From Lingula anatina (lineage: Eukaryota > Animalia > Brachiopoda), in NCBI GenBank assembly GCA_051362555.1, contig CM120641.1, forward strand, positions 10,354,001 through 10,418,000: DNA of 64,000 nucleotides. The letters are read 5' to 3'. The translations under genes and the position numbers were made by a program. Shown here one piece after another: positions 24,018 to 39,300 of the stretch. Below the pieces are notes generated by a model, which saw only the letters and a list, made by a program, of their open reading frames with translations, was not told where the DNA came from and ran no database searches. The stretch's first letter is position 1. Each line of letters begins with the position of its first letter.

Positions 24018-25140
24018 GCCTGAAATTAAGGTGCTACATGCCCCCCCCCCCCCCCCATTCTAGAGTTAGAAAGTTAGTCCCAGGGTAACATGCTGGCTCA
24101 ATTGCAATCAGTACTATTAAGCTGCATTTTCAAAATAAGTCTGTCCAAACTTAGTACAAATGCACCCAGACATGATATATTGAACAAGTGCTAAATGAAG
24201 AGGGTTAATCAGAAACTCATTTTTAGCCGTTTTGAAACTAGCATATTATTTTTTAGTTATGAAATAGATACATCACCAGTCAGTGGGGTGTTTTTTATAT
24301 ATATATGTATGTGTGCAAAGCACACGCCGATGTCACATACATTTTACTGATGAGTGGTATATCTGACTAACATGTATACCATTGTGAATGTCAGGGAGAT
24401 AAGACCTAGGTTTGACAGAGTCATATCCATGTATGAATTGCATGTATGGATAGTTTGCTCTCAATATCCATACAAATAAATTAATGAGGTATCATGTCCA
24501 CGTATATAATTGTGTGTATATATATATGTAACAAGTGGTGGTATCCATGGAGTTGAACGAGGGGGTATTGATCAGAAAAAGCTTGCTTTTATTAGTTTTT
24601 TATGAGTAAGTGGAATTGATCGAAACTAACCTTCATTTTATAAAAAATAATGTCATTTTATGCCTTCTTCAGTTCTAATGCGCAGGTAAATTGGGCTCAG
24701 TTGGCCATATGATGATAATTTTGAACATACTGTCTGCTTAACATGCTATCTCAATTCTTTTTTGTCAAATGGTTTTATGCATCAAATGCTGACAATGTTA
24801 AGCTACTTGAAAGTGTTTGTTGTTTGTAAATGATTTAAACGTAATTTCTGTAGTTATCAATATAGCATTATATTCTGTGGCATAATTGGCTCCAATCAAA
24901 ATGGCATATTCCTGTTCTTTTTTGGAACAAAACTTTATAAGTCTTGATAATATTAATAGCAAAAATTTCAGTTGTAAATTGATATTTTGATGTTGTTGTT
25001 AAATCAAATTTATTAATTTAATTTAAGATCCATTTGAACTCAATTTCTTGCTACCAAAGTCAACCAAATGACACCACAGTTTCAAATAGTCTAACTTGGA
25101 GAAATACTGAAAGACATTGTTATGTATTACCTGATATAGG

Positions 25141-25355
25141 GATATTTGAACAGATTTTCTGCTTGCTTGCTGTGCTGTATAAATAGATAAATAGGTCAGA
25201 TAACTAAGGCAAATTTATGACCACCAATTTAAAGTTCTTTTATGGCTGATTGAATGATTAATTTAATTTATTTGAGTTATATAAGAAACTAGTAGAAGTG
25301 GTTTATGTGAGTTAATCCCTGCCCCATTGATGCTTGGTTCATATGTACCTTAAAT
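25141..25355 (+). repeat. Second copy of the 10.3-10.6 kb dispersed repeat
   Basis: Colinear shared blocks as listed for 10310-10575. Confidence 0.8.
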
Positions 25356-26589
25356 TTCATTTTATCAGTGATTATAGCTTGTACCTACAGCAGAAGTAAC
25401 AGAAATGAAGCTCTGACTTATATAAGTTTTTTTAAAGCTTGAGAGCACAATGTTTTCCAACCTAATCAAAATGTTGACCTGAATGGATGATAACATCAGA
25501 AGAAAAAATGATCACATATTTCAGGCTTTTTAGCTAAAAGAAGTTCCAATTACTATTAGCCAATGGCAAACTTTGCCACTATTAATTTGAGATAGGAAGT
25601 TGTTTTACTATACATGCCAGTGACCAATTTTTGGTTGGACTGTAGTTTCCATGATATTTGCCAGGTACTTTTTCCAGAGTTACTTGTCACAGGTTTAAAG
25701 AAACTTTATTCCGTGTAAACGTTTGTGATGATGGGCAGTTGGCCTGGTGGCATCAGTAAATCATCGGTAGCCTGAATAAAAGAATCCTTAATAAAAAAAT
25801 AATTTTCTTTTAATTGTTAGTTTAATTACTGGAAACAAGAAAACGGATCAGTCCCACTCCAAGGTTTTACATATTGCAATCTGTTGATCACATTACCTTA
25901 ACATCTGGTATGTTCTAGATATGGGGATGTGTTCTTAATGGGGTCACTGAAAGTGGGAATGTACTCTGATTGGCCAATTGACCTACGTAACATTGTTATT
26001 TTTCAGAAAAACATTCTTAGTTCACTGTAAGTATTAAATGGCATCTAAGCTAGAAAAGCAGTTCCGTGAATAATGTTGTTTGGTTCTATCAGAGCAGTAG
26101 AACTGTTAGATTTCTGTCATCTTAGTAATGGGGACATCCTTATATTCGGAGGGTTTATTGTATTTTCTGAAGACTGTAGGAACCAAGTTAAAAAATTGGC
26201 TGCTGTTCCGAGGGCCCAATATGACAAAGGGAAGAGGGTCCGATATTCCAAATGCTTCTTAGTCCAAGGGTCCACTTTTCCAAAAGAGGTTATTAACTGC
26301 CATGATATTGTTCTTGAAATTAATGGAGGTGGCACCAAGTCTCAAACTGTAGGAGATTTAGTTGCTTATGATGTCAAATTATTTTTTTCACCCTGTTACA
26401 TGGATGTTAATACAACGAAAAAAAATTAATTCGCCCGACGTTATTCATGCAGGATTGTAAATGAATTCTACTCGTGCTTACCTATATTCGTAGGTATGTT
26501 TTTTTTATTTATTCTTCACCACATTTGCTGCTTTCTCTACTGCGCCATTTTGTTGTCATCACTCATATACTTTGGCTCATATACTTTGG

Positions 26590-26620
<31 letters not shown>

Positions 26621-29600
26621 GCTTTTGGAATATAGCCATGCATCCTTAATAGTCTGCGGCTTAAGAAACTGCACTCAGACAATGTATACTGTGTTTAAGA
26701 GTGAAGGGATTTCTATTTAATTTTAAAAAAAAAACCCTACCAGAGGTTTTTTTCACAAAAAGGATACTGAATATAGTTCATCTAGCCTCCCTCAGGGAAA
26801 ACCAGATAATAAATGTTTTCAAGATTTCTTGCCAAAGGAAAAACTAATTATTTTTTACCCATTGGCAAGCATTGAACATGCCTTTTAATGATTGAAAGTG
26901 ATAAGCAAATGAAGCTTCTAAATAAACTCATTGTAGTGCATCTGCTTGTAGGTTTCTGAAGTTGCAACTTTAATATAGTCTTTGTTGTTGCAATTTCAGT
27001 TCAATGGCCTAGTGCATTAGACTAATTTGATTTTCATAGTTACATACTCGAGGAGGCAGTGATGATGAGCCTGTTTGAGGCACCGTTGTATCTATCAAAG
27101 GCTCATCAAATATGTTCAATATATTAATCTTCAAAAAAGTGGATTTTAAAATGGAAAATTGTATTAATCTTATCACTGCATAAAAACAGGTTGAAAATGT
27201 TTTCTCTGTACATTGTTGTATGTAAACAGACGCTGTTTCTAAACGTTCTGATCACAATGTCTGTCCGTGTTAGTGCCATGCTCCTTGCTGTCGCATTTTT
27301 GTTTTACTTCACATTTTAGGCTTTGTTTGGTAAAAATGCAGGTTCCTGAAAATCGGTATGATCAGTTTTTTTTATGAAAGTTTTTTCGACGTTCGCCCCA
27401 TACGTTGTGTTTTGCAATACAATTATCCAGTGTTAGTAACCTTATGCTTTTAGCTACAAGATATGTAAGGAAAACTCGGATGTATCACTTTTTGCTTGGA
27501 TGAAAGATTCCCAAGTCTGAAATAGCTCGTGGTTTACCAGAAACGATAAAAATCAGTTCCACTCAAAGCAATTTGATGTGCTCTGCAGCTTTCATGATAT
27601 TTATAAGATACCTTTTTTTTTAATTAACTGGCTTTTAGGAATCAAATTCTACATAAATTGCACGTTCTGATTGTAGTAGGTTTCTTGGCATCGATTTATC
27701 ACATCTTGTTTGAAAAAAAAAAGATCTTAAATCTGAAGTAGCTTTCCTTTAACTCGTGATTTTCCCAGAAACGAGGAATAGGGATCAGTCCCACTCGAAG
27801 TGCTCAGAGCTTATCATGCCAAACCGCCTTCATACGCACTGTGCTCGCACCTATATCGGTGTGATGTCAATCCAAGTGGTATGGATAAATCTCTGTATTT
27901 TCCAGGAACATTGTTACCCGCAATACATTGCAAAGGTACTTTTTGTTATATAGCCCATGGTACCTTAGAATGCACTTTCAAGTTACACCCAAGTGATATT
28001 CTTTTGGGTAGGGGTGGGAGATTGTTGTTGGAATAAAAAAATAGGTGCCAGAGGTTGACTTTCTTCTAATTTTGGCAACAGTGAGAAACGATGTCCCCAG
28101 GGTCTTAGATATATTAACTCCACTGAGAATTAATGTAGCAGGGGCTGCTCCGGTAATTGGTTATAACAGCTTCACTACGAGAGCCAAACACTTGCAGTGC
28201 AGCAAACCTACATGGAGAATGTTTTTTTTTTTTTCGTATTTCAGTATAGGTGACAGCGTGATATCTGAACAATGTTATTCCTATTATCAGAATTTTGCCC
28301 TACTGTCACTTACGTGCACTCCAAGATTAATACGTTGGCTTGTTTCTTAGAGATCCTGTCAATAATAATGACGGGGGAAGCGTTTAATATCCACATTTTT
28401 ATCATTTTGCCATTAAACAGCTCTCCGTAATAAGCAAGTTATAGCATTGGAGATGAAAGAAAAGAGGAACTGCTTTTGAAACATAGTAATCTACATTTAT
28501 TTACTGATGTGCCTAGCTCTACGTGTGGTACTTATCGTGCTTTTACTTACGTTTGATTTAGTAATGAGTTGATTTGTTTGTGTTGGTTAGGAAGATCCGA
28601 TTGAATGAGCGTAAGATTGATTTTCAGATTGTACAAAATCGTCCAAGTGTTAGGACTTCTAACTCGGCAGGTGGCTTAGTTAACACACGTTATTTATTTA
28701 GGAATGAATGCCAGACAAGTGTCCTTTCATTTACTTATTATCAGTTTCAGTTAGTGATTGGTACTTTCATGCATTACCAAAGACGTCTTCAGTCCACAGG
28801 AATTTTAATCAAATTTTAAAGGCATAGATAAGCAGATGGTATGATAACGTGTCTTGTTCAATAAGAATTGGTGTGAAAATGGGAAAATATGAAAAGTGAA
28901 GCCAATTCCGTTCCTGTTGATTAAGCAAAATGCTCCAGAGGATGATTAGCGTCTTGGTTTAATGCCCTGGTGTAATTACCATTAGACAAGAAAGAAGGAT
29001 TATTCATGAAATACTCACTGTTGGGAAACTGAACAGCCCTAGTGTTTTATGGCAACGGCTTCCATTTAAGCACCCGCCAATTTACGAAGAGATTATTATG
29101 TCTATTCAATCATTTCGTCAATCTTGCCTCTTTGATGAAAAGCCACGGAGTTCTTATATACCCCGGTGGTCCACATTCCCAGCAGACAGGTTAATCTGCA
29201 GTTAATCTACGCTTCTTACTGTAATGTCGCCAATAATTATAGCTGCACTCAGATAGTTTCAGTTGCATTTATCATATTGCCGCGACACTGTACGTTAGCA
29301 AGTGGGGTATAATAGTAGCGATACATGGTGTTCTGTAACGCAAACGAGCAAAGAATATTTTGAAGCCAAGCTCCGTTTAGTGGTCATTATTGTGCACGCA
29401 ATTGCCATTTTCCAATGAAATTCAAATGTAAAAATTATAATTATCATTATTTCCCAGTTAGGATGCAAAGATGGATGTACTGGCTAATTTCTTTTATTTT
29501 CAATATTTTGATGCATTGTAGTGGTTCCTGTCGCCTGGCATATCAAAACGGAATGGTTCCTTACCACACTTTACTTACCAGATAAAATGGGGTGTCACCA

Positions 29601-32599
29601 TTTGAGGGACATCTATTTTAAAAATACTATAAGAATAATTTTCATTTTAATCATAAGTATTATAATAAAAAGGCATAACACATATGGTATAACTATTAAA
29701 ATGTTTAGTCGGCTATGTTGTCCATTCCAATTTCATTCCGGTCACACCGTGTTTCGGAGCTGAGGGGCATCTATCTTTCCAAATGTTCAGTCGGCATTGT
29801 TTTCAATGTGGGCACAGTACTTGCATAATTACCAAATACAGGTAAGTACCATGTGATATTTGCTCCTTTCTCACATATCGACGGGAAGAGGAACAAAACC
29901 TGTGAAGTAATTATGCTGAAAATCATGATAGTTGTGTCTAGGTCACTTACATATTTTATATAAGACGAAATTGCTAACTAATGATCATGCAAGTACAATT
30001 GGTTTGAGGTGTTAATCTGCATTATGCAAGGACGCTACATGTAGGCCAAGTGGCATTATTGATAAAGTTACGTTCCTGTAAAAATGAATCTTCGTTAGCA
30101 AGGTAACCAAGATACCGGTGGATGGCCGATGTGGTCGAAATGGCATATGGCCGAAAATGTGGACCGAGCGTTTACGCCCCCTCGGTGCAGTGCAAGGGGT
30201 CAAAGTGTACTCACTATTGCCGGTCACCAGCTGCTAGGCAGTGCAGCGTTCACGTGGGACGTGTTTGTATAACAAGGGACAATTTCTATGAGTGTCAGAA
30301 AGAGATGGATGTGTTTCATCGAGCATAGCATGTAAACATGTTCATTGTATGTCTTCGACGATAGAAACGGGCTTGGTTTTATATCTATGCACACAGTTCA
30401 GCGACAGAATAGAAAGCAGAGAATGCCTATTACCTGACCACAAGACGTACTCGTTTCTGTTACTTTTTGTAACAATTGTCTATTTTGTGTTTTTACATTG
30501 ACTCGTTTGCACTGTATTTAATTAGATACGACGAAGATGGAAAAACGTAGTTATTTTAAATCTTAAAATGAATCAGTCGCTGAAAGACTGAAAAACTGAA
30601 ACTGTAATTTATGTATTCAATCAGAAGAAACAAAACCAAAAGGAAATTAAAATGTCATCCTATTCTTGCAAACGAAATTCATATACAAATCCTGTAGTTT
30701 AATATATCTCATTATGATATACTCCATTCATTATTTCTCCTCAAGTAAACTCACTTGTGTCTATAAACGGGTTTAACCCCAAGAACGCCAACCTTATCCT
30801 TGATCGAACTGCGGTCTGTGTTAGACCTACCACAAGTCAACAACCTTCCAGTATAGAAAGGTAACGACAAAACAGTAATTGCCAAGGACATCATTTCGAC
30901 AAATACATCGTATGTATACACCGTGTACATACAGTCTATTTAAATCGAAATGGAATTGAGAGTCTACTGGGTGTGTGGTGATATGTGGCGTTTTTATGTG
31001 GTTGTAATCTTTTCTAATCAACCCATGTATGAGGTTAATATCTGATGATTGATGGCATATTCTTAAGTGGAAAACATTTTATCACGTGCTTAGCGAGCAC
31101 GTTTCGGTTGGTGATTTGTTACCAACTGATCTATTGATTTCAGTGTCTAATAACTTGTATAAGTTATGACAGGTTATGAGCTGGGATAAGGATGAAGTTC
31201 ACGGCGGCAACGCAAGGGTTCTCGTGTGCGTTTCGCTATCTTTTGAACGAATTACCCACGATTCCAAAATAATTCAAATGAAAGATATATCACAGTTTCA
31301 GGTTTTCCGTAACACACACACACACACACACACTGTAAACCAGCTGCACGTTCGTTTCGGTACCTGCATCACAGGTTGTCCACCTCACATTTCGTATCTT
31401 CTAGTATTACTTCAGATTCAGTTCCGATTGTCCATTCTCTACTAAGTCTGTGAGATTTTATTGGCATTATATAATTTCTATTTTCCTTTTTTATCGGATT
31501 CTAATGACTCAACAGAATGTAATTGGAACTGGGCATTAAATTCCCTTTATATCTAGTTACTTAAACATTCTTGATGCACCTGAACAAAAATACAGAATTA
31601 GCTACTTCATTTGCTCTTCGATTATAGTTCGATTAATCAACGTTTCATGACCTTTTGACAGTCTAATGTAATCTCCATCTGTTCAAATATAGATGATGTT
31701 AAAAGCAAAACTCCTACGTAAAACATTCTATTCAAACACATTGCAGACAACAATGTTCATTGTAAAACCCAAAACTATATTTTACCATTCATTGAAAATT
31801 TGTCTTCATCTGGCGATTTTACCAATCTAGATTTCGTCCAATACATCAGAATTAAGACAAAGTATTCGCCTTTTGCGTAACACAAAATAAGGCATTTAAA
31901 ACACCTTTTTTTTTGTCAAATGACAATGTCAACTGAAAACACATCCTAGCATATCATCGATGTAAAATGAGTTAAGGTTGGGATTTCTCACCTCATCCCT
32001 AAATGGCTTTCTATCATTTAACCTGTACCCTATCGATTAAACACTGTATAGACATGTCTACAATATTGTGGAATTCAATAAAGAGACCCATTTGTCATTC
32101 CTTTACAAGCGTCTCTTGATTCTCGCCATGCTATGACCGAGTCAGTCTTTTGCTTTTTTGCGATAATAGCAGTTGTTAAATATTTCTAAACTTATCCCCA
32201 CCCTCCGATTACTATTTAACAATATCGCATCGGTGAAGACATTTAGAAGATTATACATGCATGCATTTGGACTTTGTGAGTGTTTCAAAGTCCTTAATCG
32301 CTGCTGGGGGGTATGTTCTCAAAATGCCAAAATGATTATACTCTTGATACCCACCAAGTGTATATCGTAGGGGTAATGAGGATGTTGAGAAAGCACATCT
32401 ATAAATGAAGAAACAGAAGAGCCAGCGACTTACTGAACGAAAAAAAAATTACTGTTATACGTGCTTTTGTATAAAAGTCAACAGATATTTTAACAAGTCA
32501 AAATTTTTAAAATATTTGCTGCGATGTGCAAGGGGAATTGACAAATGAAATGTCCTCATGTATTTCAAGACGCATATCTCTGCACCACGTGATTGGACT

Positions 32600-32900
32600 T
32601 CCAAAAGTTCTTCCGAAAAGATCTAGATCTGTTTTGTGGCAATGTGACCGAGAGCAGATGTGTGAATATGAGTCAATAATATTTTCACAGAATACAAAGT
32701 TACTTAAGTGCATGGAGCCATTACCATGTCACGAAAAGATCTAGAGCAATGTTTTGTGCCAATGTGAGCGGGAACAGGCGTGTTAATGTACATGTTTTTG
32801 AAAATAAATAAAAAAAAGCGAGTCAGTTCAATTTGCAAAGAAAATTACATATATATATGTGCGTGTGTGTGTGTAAACTTACGTAAGTATATGGAATGAT
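32600..32900 (+). repeat. Imperfect local tandem duplication
   Basis: cgaaaagatctaga...tgttttgtg(g/c)caatgtga(c/g)cg(a/g)ga(g/a)cag occurs twice about 118 bp apart. Confidence 0.6.
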
Positions 32901-33479
32901 GGTTATGTCATTCTTTGAAGAGATACATATATTCTGTCTTAAATAAGAGATTCATAAAGAGCAGAGAACGGATCTGTTCCATCTGTTCTTCAGCGCGGGT
33001 AATGTATTTCCAATTCATAAGCATTGAAAAAAGACTTTCTTACGATAGACCTCACAATAATGAAATGATATGATGTTATCTTGCTGGAAAAGGTATATTG
33101 CTAACTCGTCTTCTCTATATATATTGACTGTATTGTGTTTTTAATAATATGAAACGTTGACAATGGGCTTATTGAAGACTGGTGCATATATTCTGACACT
33201 CGAATTATGTATTAATGATATGACTCTAATTAAATATTTTATTCAACGAGTTGATGGAACACACATAAACACTACTGCTAAAATGACGAATAAATATCGA
33301 GTTTAGTTGTCACAACACTTTTAATACAGCTGAGTGTAGCAATGACAGGTATTCAACCTTCATGTTATGGACATGAAACAAAATTTCTACAGTAATTTAT
33401 TATAGATGGTTAAACTTGTGTATCCTGTGTAACAAATCTTGGTGAAATCTGAACAGTATCAAAGGTCACATATGCATTT

Positions 33480-34410
33480 ATTGCCCACTCACTGGTGCTT
33501 GAGGTTTTTTAGATGTGGCGTGCTGGACGCAAACAGAAGGGATGTGATGGTCGTTTTGGATTCACTCAAAAACTGTCTGTGTGGTCACTCAGCAGCATCA
33601 CAAGAAGCAACATGTGCTACAAGATATCAGTACTGGTCGTCCCGAAAGACTATAAAGCCCGGGAGGCAAAAGAACTTAGCAAAACCCAAGTGTCTAGAGA
33701 ATCAGCCAACAGCAGATTCCTGGGTTGGGTTCAAGAAGTTCTCCTAAAATCATTTAACCAACACTAAAATGGACCGGCCAACTTCATTACAGTCAAATGC
33801 GTCACTGGAGACTCCTTCTTCAACGTGTTGATAGCGGACTCCATGATTCATGTCAACTTTATGAGAGGATTGGTTATGGCTGTTTGTTGGGCAGTGTTTC
33901 TGTCAACCTTGGCTACCATACATTACGAATGTTGAACTGGTGTTCCTCAGAGAAACCTGAAATACCGACGTCTATATGCAAGCTCTGTCAACAGAAATGG
34001 TACCGTATGCTAGAACCCTTTATTCTTAACTTTCTGTTCCAACATGGCAATGCTCTACCAAATCGTGCTCGCAGAACACAACAATTCAAGGAAATGGGCA
34101 ACTAGACTGGTCTGGTTATTTTCCATAATTGAATCACACAGAGCACTGTGATGTAGGAAGAGATACCCAGGGTATCAAACTGGCTGAGCTGAGACAGATT
34201 CATGTCAAGGAGTGAGCTGTTTTCAGCCAGAAATACATCACCAAAAAGGTTGGGTCATTACCTCGAATAAATGGCGTCATTTGGGAACGGCAGCTACACA
34301 AGATATTAACTGTGTGATGGAATACCTCGTGGCATTACATCACCTTTTTGATGACTGGCGTTGTTCTCCAATCTGTGCTTCCGTGAATGTGACATTGCTT
34401 TTCAGTATAA
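33480..34410 (+). pseudogene. Heavily decayed Tc1-family transposase remnant
   Basis: Frameshifted pieces resemble Tc1: an N-terminal HTH-like segment, EPFILNFLFQHGNALPNRARRTQQF (cf. FQQDNAPxHxAR) and LAELRQI...QKYITKKVGSLPR. Ends in ttttcagtata, like a Tc1 terminus. Multiple stops. Confidence 0.7.
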
Positions 34411-34650
34411 ACTGCCGATAATTTGTCAAATATTTAATTGATCACCAGAAGGAAACCAAATGAAAAAAGTCCCAAAAGTAATTTGGAGTTAGAACATAAA
34501 ATTGTAATATACACACCTGTAAGCTAGTAAGTTGGATGAAGCAATTTAAAGTTTCAAAATTAAGTAATCTGCACATCTAAATACCTCAATAATATAAAAA
34601 AAAATTGATTTTCACCAACATGTTTCACTTAGCTCATCATTCTCATCAGG

Positions 34651-34693
<43 letters not shown>

Positions 34694-36342
34694 TGTAATT
34701 AGAGATGAAAGTTGGAATACAAGAGTTTTGTCCGACATATTTTGGCCAACATATTTCTGCTTATTGCATATTTCTGCAATAAGCAGATACGTCATGAGTC
34801 ATTTATGTCCTTGAAGTAAATCGGGTAAAAAGAGGTGTCGATTTCAATTATCAGGATCATTATGTATTGTCACCTTTCATATTTACGCCAATGTTTCTAT
34901 CATAGAATTTTCCATATGAAAACATCACCTGACCATAATTCCTCCCATAACTAGAGAGCAGAAATGTTACCACCTTGTAATAAAATAATGTCTATCATAC
35001 TCTTAAAAGGAATCGAAGTATCGGTATAACCGGACATCAAAAGCGAAAAATGATATTCCAGGTACAAATACCGCGTGTGGATAATATGAAAATAACTCAA
35101 TCATCGACCCATTCTTTCGAGTCAGCGTATGGAGACGGTATCGTTTGTTGTTGCCTTGACAACGAGAGACGTCACTATTTGGATTCGTTCTTCGAACACA
35201 TTGTCAAACACTATTGGTCTGTGTTATTCTTACCCACAATGGCAACCAATACATTCGGTAAACTCTTGTGTTTAATTAACATAACTTCGAGTGAAATTAT
35301 TGATAAATCGCACGTAGTTGGGTTTGGACGATTTGATGCTTTTGTTGCAAAAGGATGCTACCTTGTTTCGTTATTATAAGCGAACATCCCCATTGTTCGA
35401 CGGTATTCCCTTGTGAGTTCTGAGCTCTTGGTGCATGGAGTCAATAAGAACATTACGGGGGCTATGTGTTTATTGTGTACGTGTATATATGTGCGTGTGT
35501 CTGTGTATAGCAACATATAGCAACTATAGGTTATGTAAACGGCAACCAATTTGATAAAATGCCCGTGCGTAAAGCAACTTTTAGCATGGAGATGTTACAA
35601 TGAACTGTTCCCGTCGGAAACTCTTAGTACATACACAACATCTATCTAAGCTTTGTTTGTGCATTCAGATCCCCTTTGCACGACTTGTTTTGTGTTATTG
35701 TCAAAACTTAATCCTTCTGTCTGTTTGGTAAAAATAGATACCAAACCTTCTTTCTCACGTCTTATATTGAACTTCAGGTAAACATCAATTGACTGGATTA
35801 AGACGGTGCCGAATTATATTCTTCATGCATGGCATTGTGCCTCTTTCTTTGACGCCCCTAGGCATAATCGATACAAAACACATCACCGCCTAATTAACTA
35901 TATTGGACACCTCTCCATTACAGATGAGGCCTACCTGTCACACGACATGTATAGTGCGCATGCGTTGGCAATAGATGACTGCAAAAATTACTTGCGAATT
36001 GATCCAGAGACGCAGTGGCTTTAGTGCCGACCAAACCTGTTATCACAACCAGAAACAACCTCGCGGAGTCAGTACTTAACCACTGAGCCGCCATATGGAT
36101 TAAACAATCATGGAGAACCTTCTTATTTCACGGTGTCAGGGACTCATCAGCGGCAGGAAAATTGAAAATTTTGGGAATAGCGTATTTGACACGGACTACC
36201 CTTATACCACAGAATATGCCACCAATTACCCATAACCATCCGCCTCACACTTCGAGTTTATAAAAGAGAATGTCTCATTACTATGATTACTGGGAAAGCT
36301 TTGTGATCACCAAAGGAGTAAAATAGTTATATATCACCCAAA

Positions 36343-39300
36343 ATGCATGGAACCAAACGAGGATTAGTTGCACCACAGAACACGTTTTTAGAAAATATAA
36401 TTCGTAGATCTAACGGACAACGTAAGTACAACTGTCAGGCACATTAATTATATATATTTACGATATGTATCTTTTGCTTTTGTTTTCGTGGTTGGTGAAA
36501 TGTTGCGCATTCAGTTTTAGGCGTAGGCGGCGCTAGCTTCCATTTGTTTACATTCCATATTTGTTTTTTTTTTTCTTTAGGTTTCCATCGGTCATAAAGC
36601 CGGTACACTTTTTTAAAACAAGTCTTTTTTCTTCTTTGTTGGGGGGGGGGGGGGTCAGCAAACGGAGGTGATAAGCTCTTCTGTTTCAGACGAAAGAAAT
36701 CTTAATTTTTGTCTTGGCTAAGCACAGTCATCCTTATTTTCAATTACAAATGTTATGGCGTAGATTTGGATGCAATGAAAATGAAACGGAGACCAGGGAC
36801 GACTCGTATCAGTTTAAAAGTCGTTGTTCGAATGTCCTGACATATAAATAATTATTGATATCTTTCGAAAAAAAGGTTTTCTAAAAGCACCATGGATTGG
36901 ACAAACTTCAGTTACAAACGTGGCGGTGCCTCAAAGGGATCTTTCATACGGTGTATATGATCTCAACTCTTCTTCGCGTAAGACACACTAACTTGCAAAT
37001 CTTTGAACTGAATTTAACTCTAAACTTATAACATTGAAAATATAAGTTACTGGTTCAGTTAATTTGCCAATATCCACAATACCCACCACACTTGATTTTT
37101 AGACAAAAGAGGAAAAATAGCTGTTTTTATATCTTTCGTGTTTTGTATTCATTACTCAAACGAGTAAGCGTCATGCCACAAAACAAAACAAAAAAGAACT
37201 GATATATCAATATTCCACCTACCTCTGATCAAGTGTCTGTTTGTGTCATTTCGTGTTATCAAAAAAACCCACCTTAGCTACGCCAAGTGTTCACTGTCAT
37301 TATACCATTGATAGAAAACCGCGACCAATTGATTATTTCACAGGCGTTAGTCTATTGCACACAACGCAATATTGAAAAAAGTTCTGTTTTCTGTTTTAGC
37401 AAAAGGGTGTTTTGTCACTCAAACCCTTTTTAACAACACAGTGAAAAATAATAAAGGATCTGCTTTTAAAAGGGCATTTTGTTCAGCCATATAATATTGA
37501 ACTTTCCGAAAACAAAACTTCTCCGCGTAGGTACTGCTTATTCACGTTTTTTTTTTTTTTCAGTAGTGGTATAATACAGCACTGATGTTTCTTTTTTAGC
37601 TATCATATAAAGTCTCATTTAGATAAAAAAAAAAAAAAAAAAAAGATTCTTGGTTTTATTTATACAATGGGCGATTTATCTCTTTTCGTAAAAGGGATTT
37701 CGTCACTCAAACCCAGTAGAGTAATATTGGTATAATCCGGGTTCAATGTTTTCAATTGGAATTCCTTCTCATTGATGAATCGCGAGTCTACCTTATATTG
37801 CTGTATGGGGAAGTCGCCTGTCAGACTGCAACGTGAATAATTTGACTTTAGCAAACGAATCTAATTAAGACTTTTATATGTTCCTCTATCAAGAAGAGCT
37901 TTTTCCACTTTTGCTGACTCGTGTCCGAGCAATATAAAATACTATAATAAAATGAAATGAAGCACAATATTTGACAAAACCTCGAGAAAATGAAGTCTGA
38001 TTTCATCAGATACAGTTATTTCTATGTCCCTTAAACTGTATGAACAAAAGTGTACAAAATCGAGAGTGACGCAGTTTTGAAACTACGCAGTGCACCATAA
38101 AACGGTATCTAGAATGTTCTATCGTAGGTCAAAGCCAAAGTTGGCTGTGCATCGGTGTAGTTATGTACGAGTTGCTTTTACAGAAAATTATTAACTAGCA
38201 AACACCAGAAAAGAATTATAATAAAAATATTTTTCATATGTCAATCGAGAATGTTAGTGGTTATAAAACCAATAAGCCTTTAAAGCAAATGTAAAACGAA
38301 GATATGCTAGCTGAAAATCACCACAAATGTGTTTTTTTTTTTTTACTGTTTGAAATTGGTTCTTCAAATGCAGTACTTCAAGGTAAAACTAATATCTCTT
38401 TCTTATTATATTCAAACAATCATTATCTTACGAATGCAAAATCAGTTTCTCTAGAAAATTAGTACATGTCCTATCGTAGCGGAACGATGCAGTTCCTTTA
38501 TATGTATGAAAGTGTGGACTTGGAGGAAACCCGGTAAAGAAGGCGTGACGTAGTCATTGGAAACCAGTTCCTGGATTTTTGATTCCATTAGATTCATATG
38601 CAGCATTAATATCGAGATATTCAAAATACTCTATCACATACATTTGATTAAAACGGTCTTATTATTCAGTTCTTATTATTATTGTTGTTGTTGTTTTCTT
38701 CTTCGAGTCGCCACCCTGTTTTCGTTGCTGTTCTTGTTGTTGCTCTTTTTCTTGTATTTGTATTCAATACAATTTGGTCAACTTTGTTTGGATGTTGAAA
38801 ACGTTCTTGTTAAGGTTACAGACAAGGTTAGACAAAAACCGTAAAAAACTTTACATGCAGTTTTTGAATAAAAGATAAATCTTCAGTGTTCACTGACTAA
38901 ATCCCTTTGCATTTACACAAATATCATTTTACCGAGGACGTTAAAATTGCGACATTGGGGAAAAATGCAAATCGGCTTTGCAAATTTCTCTTTTCCAATG
39001 ACGTGTTAATTATGGTTAGAATTTCTTGAATTTGAACATTAATTAGTGGCCAGGCGGTTTACTTGGTATTCCAATGTGTCAACACTCCTAGGGTCATAGT
39101 ACTGATAGATAAACAATCCACCGCTTCGAATGATAAACAGTTCTCTTTCAATAAAGGTTTTATCAGGTATAGAGGGAATGCTTTCGATACGAAAATTACA
39201 GGGTAGATTTAATCTCTTTTTGTTGTTTACAGACCTTGTTCGTGTTTTGGTATTTTACCTTAAATCTAAAGAACAATGATTGCCAATTCAAAATGGACGG

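Noticed and set aside
26073-26429. 118-aa ORF
   Set aside because: No recognisable motif or exon context; it overlaps short agggtccgatattcc-like repeats typical of decayed MITEs.
36060-36092. Minus-strand tRNA A-box-like GGCTCAGTGGTTAAG
   Set aside because: No convincing B box or cloverleaf; at most a SINE relic.
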